Part shown: piece by piece, positions 1-11,886 of the stretch
Layout: every line of letters begins with the position of its first letter
How positions within the stretch are numbered: position 1 is the stretch's first letter
Source of the DNA: a virus
Virus record (IMG/VR): IMGVR_UViG_3300048446_000526
Coordinates: 1-64,000 of that record
DNA: 64,000 nt
Direction: 5' to 3' (one strand)
The notes under the pieces: generated by a model
The model's database searches: none
What the model was told of the DNA's origin: nothing
Seen by the model: only the letters and a program-made list of their open reading frames with translations
Program-made: the position numbers and the translations under genes

Positions 1-3000
1 CAGACAGGTACTCCCGCCGATACATTTATTACTGTAATATCTGGAGTGGGAGGATACGATCCATATGTTACTTTTGAACAAGGATATAATAGTTTCATTG
101 GATTATTTACTAGCGGAAGCAGTATAGTTCAATGTACAGGGGTTTCTACAGAATATGAAACTACCACATTATATGGAGACCCATGCGGATTATGTACAGG
201 TGTTAGTTTATTGGTAGATTTTGAACGAGGTTCACCAAATCAGGTTGTACAGGTTGAAGAAGTATGGTGTGTCAAAGGCCTACAGGCAACACCGTTACTA
301 AACAGCGGTAAGGTGATCTATACTTATCCAGCCATTTCGCAAAATTCTGTAAGAGTAGGACAAAAATTTAATATAGGTAGTGTAGAATATACAGTAGGCA
401 GCGAACTTCCACAAACCTCTTATAGTAACAAATATGGATTTTCTGCTAGCACTTCCGCAAACGCAAGCACAGAAAGAATTGCTTTAAATCCTAATATAGA
501 ATGGATAAACTATACAGGTTTACCTTCTAATCTTTTCCAACCACCTCAAGGAATTACAGCCACACCAGAGGATATATTCGAGCCAAGAGTTCCTGAGTCT
601 GGATTACTACTAGACTCTAATATAGAAATAGAACTGGAGTTTGATGAGCCAGTAACTAATTTAGTTCTTTGTTTTTCTGGAGTACAAGCATCTAACCTTC
701 AGGGAGGATACATACTACAAGAAGATAAAGACGAAATTTTACTTGAAGACGGCCTTGGTTCTCTGGTAAATGATTTTGCTAATGCTCCAAGTGGAGCAAT
801 TATTTCCGATAGACCTCTTCTGCTTATAGATAAAGCAAATCTCCTACCAATCACTGATATAGTGCCTACGATGGTCTCTTTCACTGGTCTGGACTGTCGG
901 TTTGTACTATGTGCTACTGGAACTTTTGACAAAATTTCCTTTACAGCAGCAGTTGACCAAGGAACAACCTACGCACTATCTATCGGAGAACTTGTGCCTA
1001 AGACTATAGACACAAGTAATACTGCTCTTATACAAATAGATACGCCTTACACTGGATATAACAACAACGAAAATTATATTACTGTTGCGGCTGAAATACT
1101 TTATACAGGCACACCTATTGATTCAGGTAACCTGCCTATCAGCGGACTTAAAGAAGGAAATGTATTTTTTAACTGTCAAGAAAATAGTTCTTCGGGAGTC
1201 TATGGTTATGAAACAACCCAACAATACGATGAGGATGCTTGCTATGTTACAGGTCAATGCCAAGTGTATTCAGCAAAAACTACTGTTGATGAAGATGGAG
1301 AAGTTTTAGGACAGGCTTCCTACAAGGTTACTTTTGATGAAGATATATATATAAGTCAAAATAAAGAATCATACGTACAACTTACAAACTGGACTCCTAC
1401 AGACAGCAATCCAGAAAGAACAATCGTACCTGAAGAAGGACACTATCCTATATCAATTCTTTCAAACATTACCAGTAACAGTTTTGTTATACCAGAAGAG
1501 TATGCCATAGCACTACCTATACCCGGAACAGGAATGAGCAGAGAAGGAACTGTCTCGGGTGAGTTTGATATATATCATCCATACAAGACAGAAGACGAGA
1601 AGATTTTAAACCATATACCAGCACAATTTTTAACTATAGAAAGAACATATAACCCTCCTGTTACTAATCCTAATTATAAGCCTAAAGATAATATGTTTGA
1701 AATAATGGGAATAACAGGCAGCAAAATATTTACAGAAGATAAAGTTAATTATGTACTAATAGAGGACAATAGACCGCCTTACCTAGACCAAAAAATATCT
1801 GGGAATTACACAACAGACTCTAGGGAGTTTTATGCTACTACCAGCCCTTTCAGTAACAGGCTCAGAGATTTAACTTTTGACCCTGATAATATCAGAGACC
1901 TAAACTACGCAGACGCACCTTGGAGCCTAAAAGACATTTATGTATTAGCAGATTATGACAGTGCAAATAGCAGACTCACATTGTACAATATACCGACAGG
2001 TATCTTTAAGCCATTAGACACTATACAGGTTAGTTTTAATAGTCCTACTTCTGCCAATAATTCAGGCTGTAACCTTTTCCCTATATACCATGATGTTCCA
2101 GCAGAGAATATGTATCTTTATACTGGTTTACCGATTACAGAACCTAGCGGAGAAAATATTGGAAATATTCTGTTTACTTTTTCAGAAGCACCACCTGAAG
2201 GATGGGTTGTACTTGATGGCAGTACTTATGATAGAACACAATATCCTGCACTAGCACAGTATCTAGATTTCCATAGAGTATTGTATTCAAGCGGTTGGGC
2301 TTTAGGAAATGAAGGATGGACAGCATCTACCCTACCAGACCTAAGAAAAGTAACTCCTGTAGGACAACATGAAAATACTCTGACTGCTTTCTCTAACATA
2401 GGAGAAATTATTAGAGACACAGGAAATAAACTACTGTTAGAAAACAACAAAAATGGTGAGTTTGGTCAGGCTGATAATATTGTTGGCAACTGGATTATGT
2501 ACACTCAGGGCAGTTTTATTGATCCTAGATATCCTATTAATTTCTCAGACAGCGGCACACTAAATTATGTCATTGACAATGTAGACATAAAAGACTCAGA
2601 CGGCGATAAAACAGAAAACTTTATTACTCCTTATGCTAGGGTTCGTATAGATATTTTGCAATTCCTTGAGCCTGATATTAGAATGAATTATCAGGCAGGA
2701 GAAGACGAACCTAATTATATCTACATACAGCATCAACCAGAAAAGACTAATCAATATGATATTTCTGAGCCTAATGTTTTAATTGATCCTAACGGGTGTG
2801 CATTTACTGGTCCGTATTCTGATCCGTATAAAGTATACACTCCTACCAATGAGGTTACAGTTAAACTCAGATATGATGAAAAAGGAGGCAATGGTCAGCA
2901 GTACAGTTTGGTGTTAGATAATAGATATGGAATGAAAAATTTCGAAGAAGACCTTGGATTTGCTCGTTTGTATACTCCTAAGATGTATGACTTTGATGCA

Positions 3001-6000
3001 GGCATAACAGGTATGGCTTGGTGGCCTGAAGGCGTACTTCCTTTATCCATTGCACATGACGGCCCAGCCAGAACACCTTTACAATATGCCAGCGGAGGCA
3101 ACTCTACACCTACAGGATGGGGTATTGTCAACTCTCCTATGGTTTTTGAATATGACACTGACATAGTACCAAATGAAGAGATAGTATTTGGTAATTATAC
3201 AATGTCGGGTAGTTTTGGAATATGGGTTAAGATTTCAGGAGAAGTAACTGATGCTAGTGCCAATACAGCGGTTAGAGTTCTACACAGAAAATATGATCAA
3301 GAAACGCAACTAGCCTGTAGAAAAATTAACAACCCAAGCAGCGATGGATACGTAGTGTCAGACAACAACGGAGGAAGCCAATTATTTTCGATACCACACG
3401 GTCATGAAGTTGTTATACAGTGGGCCAATGGAATTTGCGACGATACAGAAATACCAGAAGGCACAGGGACTTTATATGCACAGATATACGGAGGAATATA
3501 TCCTGAAGGTCGCGGAACACCCGTATACATAGATGTACCTTCTAACTTCTATATTAGAGAAGACTTTATAGAAGCCAACGAAAGAAACCCCAATAAAAAC
3601 CCAAGAAGAGTTTATCAGTTACCTAGCGTAGAACTCAAGAACAACGTATGTTCACCTGATGTAAGGTACAACGGAGAATGGTTTACTTTACCTTACAAGG
3701 CTAGTATTGATAGTTTAAATGTACCTAAAAGTTACCTAGAATATGGCGACGAATTTAAACTAATGAGCATAAACAAAAACAGTAACTTCTCTGACAAGGT
3801 AACTAGAATTTTAACAAAAATCAATCCTACATCAGAAACCACTAGCGTATCCGGTTTGGCAACCTCGTCAGACTTATGCAGATTTATTCCTTGTACAACA
3901 GATTCGGTTTATACTAAATATCGTAAAACTACAATGTGGGGTGACCACGCCACTGATGATTATCCAGCAGTCTCAAACCTAAACTATAGGATCACGGGGT
4001 ACTTTGAGTCTGGTAGTGTTCAACACATAGACTTTATGGATATTTTTCCTTTATCTGAAGATCAATTTACTTTTACTGTAAATATGTATAATGAAGATGA
4101 CTTGCCTTTTACTGGCTGTGTGCTCACTGAAGAGGATGGTTCTTGGGTTAGTATGGCAGAATATGTAGGATGCACATCTCAGGATCAAAAAACTGTAACA
4201 TTTGAGGCCTTCCCTAGGAGTGTTTCTCTTAAAGTGGCTATGCAGGAATGTAGCGGTATTGTTATATTCTCAGTTACAACAAACGACAATGCTATTAGTA
4301 TGCAGGAGAATTTTCCCAAGTCTTGGTCAGACCCACTATTAATTACAGCAGCAAACTGTCCTCTTTCTTATGCAAACAACACTTTTAAGAATATTGATAC
4401 TTTTTGGCAGTCTCCTTTTGAAAGTTGCAACACAGGACTGTATCAAGACAGACCTCGAAGTGCCACTCCTTTTGGCTTGCAATTAAATCAAAATATTGGA
4501 TGGACAGGAATGTGTGAGTTTGTGCAAACCGTATCAGGAAGAATGTATATTCCAGAAAACAACAATCTCTACTTCCATACTTACGGTGGGACAGCAGCAC
4601 ATTGGCCTTTAGATTACAAGGGCAGCGGCATTCCTACTCAACAAACAGGTGTTTATATTATTGATGATGTTCCTGATTTTGGTGCAGTGAATAGTTGTAG
4701 TTCTGGACTGATGTGTATAGCAATATCAGGTTGGAACAACAATCCTATTACAGGTATACCTACAGTAGGAGATCGTAATGATTTAGGAAGTAATCCTATT
4801 ATTATAGAGTCTAATGGTGTCACTGGAATAGTCAGCAATTACGGTGCAAATAAACAACTATTCTTTGACTTTGATGATGGATTACCTCAGATGTCTAAAG
4901 TCTATAACGTAATAGATTATATAGACGGAACAAGAAAGATTGTAATAAACGCACCGTATGATTCATCTGTAGTCAATAAATCTGGCTTAGTATTCATGAT
5001 AGAAAACGATGAAAATATTAAGACTCATCTTAACCCTAATGTAGATAACGAGTTCAATGTCTATGATCCTAACGTAGTACCTTCTAATATTTTTGATCCT
5101 CAGATTAATCATTTTGACCTCAACACAAGAAGATGGAAACACCTGCTCCACTATGACTTTGATCAGATTGGCACAGGATTGCAGGAGGTTACAATCAGCA
5201 TTAGCGGAACAAGTCAAGATGTCAATATATATCCTATATATCCAGTAGGAATTAATTTATCTGGAGTAAGAATTTCGCAAACTTTAAATGGCACTTTCGA
5301 AGACTACTCTTCTGGAGACGCATTTAGTATTGATGACAGTACTTCTACTTTTTATATGCAGGTGGTCACACTTGATGGTCAGCCACCATTTACTGATAAT
5401 GCTTTTGTAGAACTACCAAAGGTAAGTATATCAGGTATACAAGACTATGAATTTATATTTGATGATACTGTTATTGTTGGAGGCTCGCCATTCACAAGTA
5501 GTCATGGTTCTGGCTGGAACATAGGCATACAGGTAAATCGTACACAGGAAGAGATCGACAGCAGATTAATTACTGTAAGAGCAGAAGATATTACAGGTAA
5601 AAGTGATGTTGCTCTTTCTTTCAGTCAAACAGGACTACCAGAAGTATTACAGTCTTATACTGGTTATTCTTTGGTAGGTGATAATACTTGGTTGATTGTT
5701 TATGATACTAAAAATCTTGAACTTAATACTGCCAATGTAGAATTTGAATTATTAGGTTCTCCTGCTGCTGCTAACCAAATTACTTATCAACCTATCAGAG
5801 ATAATGTACTGTCTGTGTCTGGACCTGTGGATGCTGCGGCGACAACAACTCAATACTACGACGTATCTCTTATTGCAAAAACAGGTTCACAAAAGATACC
5901 TGCTGCTACCGGAACAGGTCTTCTTATAGACCTTAAATTTAATAGGGATTGGTCTCCTCTGAACTTAACATTAAATAATTTTAATAGTTTTGGCAAGAGG

Positions 6001-9000
6001 GGCGAATCTGGTATATTCTATCTTGACCCAGCGATTGATGAAGCAATCAATTTCCAAGTACCGCAACCACAAGGCAATATTATAAGTCAGGGTGGAGACC
6101 CGTTTGAAGTAAGTTATATTAATCAGTCTGCTATATCAGAAGATATGGGATACTTACTAAATGTGGGGTTCCTTACTAATGAAAGAAGATTCAATATTAC
6201 TTTGACTCCTACAGGAGTAGATGGAGAATACTACCAAAGAACAGACAGATTCGCAAACCAACAGTTAAAAATTACTATTCCATACAACGCTTACAACTCA
6301 AGTGATGTAGCAGTAGTGCCAACACCATCTCAAACTCTTGAACCTGTATTTGACACCATATTGTACACAGGCCTAATACTGAGTAATACGAACCCCAATA
6401 CTGTACAATACTATGAAAGTGATGAACCTTGGACCATACAAGTTAAAGTGACAGGAGGCGTTGTGGACCATGATCCTACCAATCCTCCAAATCTTAGAAT
6501 ATTCAATGCTCCTAATCAAGGAAGTTATGCGAATAATAATAATCCTATTGATTGTATTATAACTTATACTCATCAAAATGATCCGGGTAATACTTGCTGG
6601 ATTGTGAATGCTACAGCGAGAAGGGATGTCCTTGGTCAATACATGCCTAATCAAACAGGTGAATTTAGATTGGTCGTCAATGCAGATGATGGCCTGACCG
6701 ATTATGCAACTCTCAATGAAGCGAACGGTATCAATGATCAGTTTGTAATTATCTACAGTAAGCCATCTGGTTTTATAAATCTACCTCCTTTACTACATTC
6801 TGTTCCTTCTGCACCCTTCTTTACTCATTGTGATGTTCTTTCTGCAAACAGTGAGACAAGACCTTCTATTAGTCCTCTAAATCTAAATGGCATCAATTTG
6901 ACTAGTATTGATTATAGATACGACCTTGATTTCCCTCTATGGCAACGTGCATACAGAGGTACACAAGGAAATAATTACATTTGGGATGCGAAAGTAGAAA
7001 TTAGCAATAACGGACTTATTACTAGTTCTGTAAAGGCTATTGGAGACGACAAAGTTCAGGCTGTGGCTAAATTTGAGACTTTAGAAATAGAAAGCGATCA
7101 ATTAAAATCAGTACCCTTTAGAATTTTGAGTGTCATACCAGCAGCCACAGAATCAGAAGACTTTCCTCCAAACACTGGCATTGTGGTTGATCAAGGAGAG
7201 GCTTGGGAATTGACTGTTACCACTATTGGTGGAATACAAGATATCAGATATCCACCTACAATTCTATTAAATAACATGCCTACTTTTTGTACAGGCTACA
7301 ATCCTCTAGATAGTAATGCCAATCAAGACCAGCAATGTATTAATGGAGAACCTAATTTCGATGGATCGACTTGGACATTTAACTTTAGTGGTCAACCTTC
7401 TTGTGATTTGCTTGGTATATATCCATTTGATATTCTTGCATTAGACACGCTACCCGGAAATCAACCAAGTCCTTATGTGGCATCAGATACATTTGATTCT
7501 CAATTTATCTATGAGACAGGAGAATTTAGCATACTACCTCCTGAGATACAATTTACAGGTGAGACGATACTATTCCCTGAGTGTAATACTTGTTATACAG
7601 GATATGTAGAATTTGGTCCAACTATTCAAGAAGACTTGGATTGTAATGGCGTAACAGGGATTAAATCTATATCATTTAGCGGAACCTTGCCTAGTGGATT
7701 GGACTATGAAATATTCTTCCCAGAAACTACAGACGGTCCTGCAATTACCAGAGGTAAAGGAACAGGAATACCTCCTACTGTAGTCTTCCCTGCTCCTTGG
7801 GACAATCTTGCTAGTGGATACATACAGATCACAGGATGTCCTACACACTTTGCTACTGGAGGCAGCACATACACAGAAGTCTCAGAAGCAACAGTCTGCA
7901 ACGCAGTAGACGCTTGCGAGTCGTTAACTATTGAGTTCGAAGATGGTTCTGAACCTATTAAACCTAACATTGACTTTTCTTTCTTCTTTCTTCATTCTGG
8001 CATGGTGCAAACAGCAAAGACAGGAACAAGTGTACTTGGAGAGGGAGGAGAAGTAAGCAAGTCATACGCTCCATCTGCACAAGAATACAATCTAGATTGT
8101 GGAACAAGACTAGAGATTAGCGATTGCAGGACTTATGCAGTATTCTATTCGGGTGAGCCCGGACTTGGTAAAACACACGTTAGTGGTATCTACCCTGAAG
8201 GCCAATCTGAGAATAATAAAATTAGTCTTGAACCTTATCCAAATAACTTTGTCTTTATAACTGGACAAAATAATTCTTTCTTCGGCAGGCATATAGCAGA
8301 AGAATCTCCTCTTCCAGAATACGACGTATTACTCAACGTAAGCCTTGCAGGTAACCAAGGCACAGGTCTAATGGTAGTAGAAAAAGTTCCTCAACAAAAA
8401 CCAAAATCAGATAAATTAAATAAATATTTTGATGATCTACTTTTTGATCCATCTACAACCACCTGCCTACTAGGTAATGGAACAATGGGTGCGGGAGAAG
8501 GTCAAGGAGAGACTACTAAATATGGAATTAGAGGACAGGTATTGCCTAGACTATCTGGACAATTTGTAGACATTAATAGTACTTTTGCGGAAAACGATGA
8601 GTATTTCACTGGATTGAATTTAATTGAGATTAATCAAGATACTGATATACCAATAATTAGTTTACTATCAGTTTCAGACTGTTATTCTACTGGATATATG
8701 AGAATAAGCGGAATAGCAGTTCCTTCTATTCAGACAGAAATTACTGACCCTCCTCCAGCAAGTGAATCTCCATTTTTCTCCTACAAGGGACAACAGTTCT
8801 CACTGGCTACAAGATTGTCTTATGGAGACACTGAAGAACAAAGAAACAATCCAGTAAACAGACGACCTAGCCAAACTTTATATTGGACTGCTTATAATTC
8901 TGTTGATGATGTAGCAATTACTAATGGTCAGGTTCAGTCTAGTGGTGCTTTTACATTTACTGCTGGCTCTAGCAGTGGTGTCGTATATGCCATAAGAATA

Positions 9001-10473
9001 TACAATGAAGCCGACTTTGCACCAACTAATATATCCAACATTAAAGGTTATTCGCAAAACGACTACATATGGATACACAAGGGTGGAAACAGGGCAGATC
9101 AGCCAATAGCCACAACCTTCCCTCCTGTTGTACCTACAGGATTTAGTCCTTCAGGCTTGCATCTAAAACAAAACGTAGCCACCATTCAAGCAGGATTAGC
9201 ATACGGTGGATATGTAATACCTGATGGAACAGAAACAGACCCAGAGGGAACTAAGTACAAGATGATACAGGCTGGTGTGCCAGCGATACCTTACTGGAAA
9301 ACACCTAATCCGGGTTCACAAGATTATACATCAGCAGACTATTTACCAAGTATCAGCGGTATGGTTCTGTCTTCTTTTGGCAACCTAGAACCATTTACCA
9401 CAGGTGTAACTGTAGAAATCAATGAGACTCCTAGAACAGGATTGATACCTGTATCAGATGATTATGTTGGAGTAGGAGATAGAGTAGATATATTTATAGG
9501 AGATGAAAACAATACATTCATTAATGAGTCCTACACATTGACTGCTAATGAATTATTAGGCTCTCCTGTTACAGGAGTACAGGTGACAGGAAGCAACACC
9601 CCTTACTTTGGATTCCGACAACTTGATGCGACTATCACTAAAAAAATAGAAGTTAGTGGAATAGTAGGAGGAACAGGAGTTGTGCTTTATCATCCTAATA
9701 TTGATTATACGATAGGAGACATAGTCACCTTAGAAGTATCAGGAGAATCAAGTAGTCTTTATACTGCTTGCAACGATGTTGACCTAATCATTGTTAACGG
9801 AGATACAATAGGCATGGAACTCGCAGTTGCTCCAACAGAAAATTCTTGGTATGTTGGACTACTTCAAGTAGGAGACACAGTAACTCTGCATAAGCAAGAA
9901 GAAGGAGAGATATTTATTCCATCCAATAGTATTACTGTTAGTACTGAAGGTCAATATGCGTTTGAAATACAAGGAACGCCAACCACTTTGTATAAAGATT
10001 ATACGTTTAGAATCGTAACTTGTGAAAACCCTCAACATCCAGTATATACGCAAACCAGCCTAGAGCCTAAACTATACAAAAAAGATTACAATATGTATGT
10101 ATCTAAGCCTATCAATATTGTTAATTCTAGTGTGGTAATTGATGGCAGTAGATCAAACGGAAACTGGAGAGTAAGATTCAACCTAGAAGGAGGACTAAGA
10201 CCTATAAGAAATCACAGCCCAAGAGTCATGTTAAGATACGGAAGCAATACTCTCGGAACTTTCTGTGGATTCACTAGGACTGTAGTTTACGGACCTCCTC
10301 TAGAAGAACCATACCAAGACAATAGAATATTTGACGAATACGATGCAGTAAATGATCAACTTATAGTAGAACTTAAACAAGCCGAAGGTTTTGATTGGAG
10401 TGGTCAATCTACCATCGAAATTGTTGTTCAAGACGAAACAGGGGAAAGCACTTTAAACGTAACACTTCCTTAG
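1..10473 (+). CDS. Giant (>3490 aa) virion fibre/decoration-type protein with an internal phage tail-collar domain; 5'-truncated
   Basis: Frame is open from base 1 (QTGTPADTF...), so the true start is outside the window. Tail-collar motif IGNILFTFSEAPPEGWVVLDGSTYDRTQYPALAQYL...LPDLR at ~2158-2346. Beta-rich, acidic composition; ILLEDG-type fibre motif. Confidence 0.7.
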   Translation, partial: QTGTPADTFITVISGVGGYDPYVTFEQGYNSFIGLFTSGSSIVQCTGVSTEYETTTLYGDPCGLCTGVSLLVDFERGSPNQVVQVEEVWCVKGLQATPLLNSGKVIYTYPAISQNSVRVGQKFNIGSVEYTVGSELPQTSYSNKYGFSASTSANASTERIALNPNIEWINYTGLPSNLFQPPQGITATPEDIFEPRVPESGLLLDSNIEIELEFDEPVTNLVLCFSGVQASNLQGGYILQEDKDEILLEDGLGSLVNDFANAPSGAIISDRPLLLIDKANLLPITDIVPTMVSFTGLDCRFVLCATGTFDKISFTAAVDQGTTYALSIGELVPKTIDTSNTALIQIDTPYTGYNNNENYITVAAEILYTGTPIDSGNLPISGLKEGNVFFNCQENSSSGVYGYETTQQYDEDACYVTGQCQVYSAKTTVDEDGEVLGQASYKVTFDEDIYISQNKESYVQLTNWTPTDSNPERTIVPEEGHYPISILSNITSNSFVIPEEYAIALPIPGTGMSREGTVSGEFDIYHPYKTEDEKILNHIPAQFLTIERTYNPPVTNPNYKPKDNMFEIMGITGSKIFTEDKVNYVLIEDNRPPYLDQKISGNYTTDSREFYATTSPFSNRLRDLTFDPDNIRDLNYADAPWSLKDIYVLADYDSANSRLTLYNIPTGIFKPLDTIQVSFNSPTSANNSGCNLFPIYHDVPAENMYLYTGLPITEPSGENIGNILFTFSEAPPEGWVVLDGSTYDRTQYPALAQYLDFHRVLYSSGWALGNEGWTASTLPDLRKVTPVGQHENTLTAFSNIGEIIRDTGNKLLLENNKNGEFGQADNIVGNWIMYTQGSFIDPRYPINFSDSGTLNYVIDNVDIKDSDGDKTENFITPYARVRIDILQFLEPDIRMNYQAGEDEPNYIYIQHQPEKTNQYDISEPNVLIDPNGCAFTGPYSDPYKVYTPTNEVTVKLRYDEKGGNGQQYSLVLDNRYGMKNFEEDLGFARLYTPKMYDFDAGITGMAWWPEGVLPLSIAHDGPARTPLQYASGGNSTPTGWGIVNSPMVFEYDTDIVPNEEIVFGNYTMSGSFGIWVKISGEVTDASANTAVRVLHRKYDQETQLACRKINNPSSDGYVVSDNNGGSQLFSIPHGHEVVIQWANGICDDTEIPEGTGTLYAQIYGGIYPEGRGTPVYIDVPSNFYIREDFIEANERNPNKNPRRVYQLPSVELKNNVCSPDVRYNGEWFTLPYKASIDSLNVPKSYLEYGDEFKLMSINKNSNFSDKVTRILTKINPTSETTSVSGLATSSDLCRFIPCTTDSVYTKYRKTTMWGDHATDDYPAVSNLNYRITGYFESGSVQHIDFMDIFPLSEDQFTFTVNMYNEDDLPFTGCVLTEEDGSWVSMAEYVGCTSQDQKTVTFEAFPRSVSLKVAMQECSGIVIFSVTTNDNAISMQENFPKSWSDPLLITAANCPLSYANNTFKNIDTFWQSPFESCNTGLYQDRPRSATPFGLQLNQNIGWTGMCEFVQTVSGRMYIPENNNLYFHTYGGTAAHWPLDYKGSGIPTQQTGVYIIDDVPDFGAVNSCSSGLMCIAISGWNNNPITGIPTVGDRNDLGSNPIIIESNGVTGIVSNYGANKQLFFDFDDGLPQMSKVYNVIDYIDGTRKIVINAPYDSSVVNKSGLVFMIENDENIKTHLNPNVDNEFNVYDPNVVPSNIFDPQINHFDLNTRRWKHLLHYDFDQIGTGLQEVTISISGTSQDVNIYPIYPVGINLSGVRISQTLNGTFEDYSSGDAFSIDDSTSTFYMQVVTLDGQPPFTDNAFVELPKVSISGIQDYEFIFDDTVIVGGSPFTSSHGSGWNIGIQVNRTQEEIDSRLITVRAEDITGKSDVALSFSQTGLPEVLQSYTGYSLVGDNTWLIVYDTKNLELNTANVEFELLGSPAAANQITYQPIRDNVLSVSGPVDAAATTTQYYDVSLIAKTGSQKIPAATGTGLLIDLKFNRDWSPLNLTLNNFNSFGKRGESGIFYLDPAIDEAINFQVPQPQGNIISQGGDPFEVSYINQSAISEDMGYLLNVGFLTNERRFNITLTPTGVDGEYYQRTDRFANQQLKITIPYNAYNSSDVAVVPTPSQTLEPVFDTILYTGLILSNTNPNTVQYYESDEPWTIQVKVTGGVVDHDPTNPPNLRIFNAPNQGSYANNNNPIDCIITYTHQNDPGNTCWIVNATARRDVLGQYMPNQTGEFRLVVNADDGLTDYATLNEANGINDQFVIIYSKPSGFINLPPLLHSVPSAPFFTHCDVLSANSETRPSISPLNLNGINLTSIDYRYDLDFPLWQRAYRGTQGNNYIWDAKVEISNNGLITSSVKAIGDDKVQAVAKFETLEIESDQLKSVPFRILSVIPAATESEDFPPNTGIVVDQGEAWELTVTTIGGIQDIRYPPTILLNNMPTFCTGYNPLDSNANQDQQCINGEPNFDGSTWTFNFSGQPSCDLLGIYPFDILALDTLPGNQPSPYVASDTFDSQFIYETGEFSILPPEIQFTGETILFPECNTCYTGYVEFGPTIQEDLDCNGVTGIKSISFSGTLPSGLDYEIFFPETTDGPAITRGKGTGIPPTVVFPAPWDNLASGYIQITGCPTHFATGGSTYTEVSEATVCNAVDACESLTIEFEDGSEPIKPNIDFSFFFLHSGMVQTAKTGTSVLGEGGEVSKSYAPSAQEYNLDCGTRLEISDCRTYAVFYSGEPGLGKTHVSGIYPEGQSENNKISLEPYPNNFVFITGQNNSFFGRHIAEESPLPEYDVLLNVSLAGNQGTGLMVVEKVPQQKPKSDKLNKYFDDLLFDPSTTTCLLGNGTMGAGEGQGETTKYGIRGQVLPRLSGQFVDINSTFAENDEYFTGLNLIEINQDTDIPIISLLSVSDCYSTGYMRISGIAVPSIQTEITDPPPASESPFFSYKGQQFSLATRLSYGDTEEQRNNPVNRRPSQTLYWTAYNSVDDVAITNGQVQSSGAFTFTAGSSSGVVYAIRIYNEADFAPTNISNIKGYSQNDYIWIHKGGNRADQPIATTFPPVVPTGFSPSGLHLKQNVATIQAGLAYGGYVIPDGTETDPEGTKYKMIQAGVPAIPYWKTPNPGSQDYTSADYLPSISGMVLSSFGNLEPFTTGVTVEINETPRTGLIPVSDDYVGVGDRVDIFIGDENNTFINESYTLTANELLGSPVTGVQVTGSNTPYFGFRQLDATITKKIEVSGIVGGTGVVLYHPNIDYTIGDIVTLEVSGESSSLYTACNDVDLIIVNGDTIGMELAVAPTENSWYVGLLQVGDTVTLHKQEEGEIFIPSNSITVSTEGQYAFEIQGTPTTLYKDYTFRIVTCENPQHPVYTQTSLEPKLYKKDYNMYVSKPINIVNSSVVIDGSRSNGNWRVRFNLEGGLRPIRNHSPRVMLRYGSNTLGTFCGFTRTVVYGPPLEEPYQDNRIFDEYDAVNDQLIVELKQAEGFDWSGQSTIEIVVQDETGESTLNVTLP

Positions 10474-10486
10474 TGAGAATATAATA

Positions 10487-11647
10487 ATGGCTCAATTAAT
10501 AGTAACAGAAAACAGACCTTCAACTTTAGAAATCACAACTTGTGTTGCGAGTTGTCCGGGTATCGCTTCGTCTGTTGATATTATACCGAGCACACAAAGT
10601 CAAGTAGGAATCATATTAGTAGAACAAGGTATTCCCGGTCCACCCGGACCAGAAGGACCGCAAGGCCCACAGGGAACAGGAGAACAAGGTCCACCGGGAC
10701 AACAAGGACCGCCCGGAGATGAAGGACCACCGGGAGCAGGCTTACAACAAATAGACATAACAGACAACACAAACACTATCTCCCTTACCAACCCTACTTT
10801 TGAAGAGATTACAATAGTAGGGGCCACAGGTACTTATTTAGACATAGACGCACAGAACAACATAATCACCATCTCTTCTGAACAAGTAGAAGGTAATTAT
10901 GCACCTATTGTTCATAACCATGTACATACAGATATTACAGATTGGACTGAGGCCGTACAAGACACTATGGCAGATACTCTTGAGGCTGGCTATGGCATAG
11001 AAATAGTTTATAATGATTTTGATTTTAACAATATTATTATTTCTGCCACTGGTCTTGCCGTAGGAACAGATGTGCAAGGTTGGAATATTAACCTGCAAGA
11101 AATATCAGATTTGAGTGTAACAGACAACAAGATATTCTTTGGCGATGGCGTAGACAGCATTAGCCTTATTGACTTCTCAGACTTGGCTGTTGATCTTGTA
11201 GCGGAAAGTACTCAACAAGGTATGCAAAATGTTCTTGGACTAGGCAGTATGGCAGAAGAAGACTCAAACGATTATGCCTTGCTCAATGGAGGCAACGATT
11301 TTACAGGAGACCAGACGTTTAGTGATGATACACTTAGTAGATTCTCTGCTAATTTAGTTAATGTAACAACAAACACATTTACTATAACGCAACAACACAA
11401 TGGTAAGGTTTTGGCTTTTGATTTTGCAAATGGCCCAATTACTGTAGATTTTGACTCTAACCTTATTTTAGGATTCAACTGTCTTGCTGTGCAGATGAAT
11501 GTCGGTCAGGTTAGATTTAATGGTGTCGAAAATAGGTATGGTGAAACAAAACTCGTAGGACAATACTCTATAGGAACTTTAGTTAAGGTGCTTTCTAATG
11601 TTATTATCCTATCGGGAGATGTTACTAAAGCAGACGGAGGGCCATAA
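10487..11647 (+). CDS. Collagen-like tail fibre/whisker protein
   Basis: G-X-Y run [15 protein letters not shown]...GPPG, fibre-type [11 protein letters not shown] motif, C-terminal [10 protein letters not shown]-type fibre domain. Confidence 0.7.
   Translation: MAQLIVTENRPSTLEITTCVASCPGIASSVDIIPSTQSQVGIILVEQGIPGPPGPEGPQGPQGTGEQGPPGQQGPPGDEGPPGAGLQQIDITDNTNTISLTNPTFEEITIVGATGTYLDIDAQNNIITISSEQVEGNYAPIVHNHVHTDITDWTEAVQDTMADTLEAGYGIEIVYNDFDFNNIIISATGLAVGTDVQGWNINLQEISDLSVTDNKIFFGDGVDSISLIDFSDLAVDLVAESTQQGMQNVLGLGSMAEEDSNDYALLNGGNDFTGDQTFSDDTLSRFSANLVNVTTNTFTITQQHNGKVLAFDFANGPITVDFDSNLILGFNCLAVQMNVGQVRFNGVENRYGETKLVGQYSIGTLVKVLSNVIILSGDVTKADGGP
10628..10735 (+). repeat. Collagen-like (Gly-X-Y)n coding repeat
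   Basis: About 11 G-X-Y triplets with one GT interruption, read directly from the translation. Confidence 0.9.
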
Positions 11648-11886
11648 TGGTATTACACGTTCCTCCGTTTTATGGATTAAATGCTTCTAAGAAAAACGAC
11701 AATAAAAACGATATTAACAATAGGGTTGGCGTGTCTTTTATTGGCATAGACGTTTTTGTTTTTGGTGGACAAGTGAAGACAGGTGGAGGTTATGACCCTG
11801 AAGCATTAAGCACAAGCAACCTCGACGAATCGACTCTTATAGGAAAAATAGAGTCATATAGACACAGAGACAACGGAGACGTTTAA
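11647..11886 (+). CDS. Small hypothetical virion-region protein (79 aa)
   Basis: TAATG stop/start coupling at both ends (11647 and 11886). Confidence 0.65.
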   Translation: MVLHVPPFYGLNASKKNDNKNDINNRVGVSFIGIDVFVFGGQVKTGGGYDPEALSTSNLDESTLIGKIESYRHRDNGDV

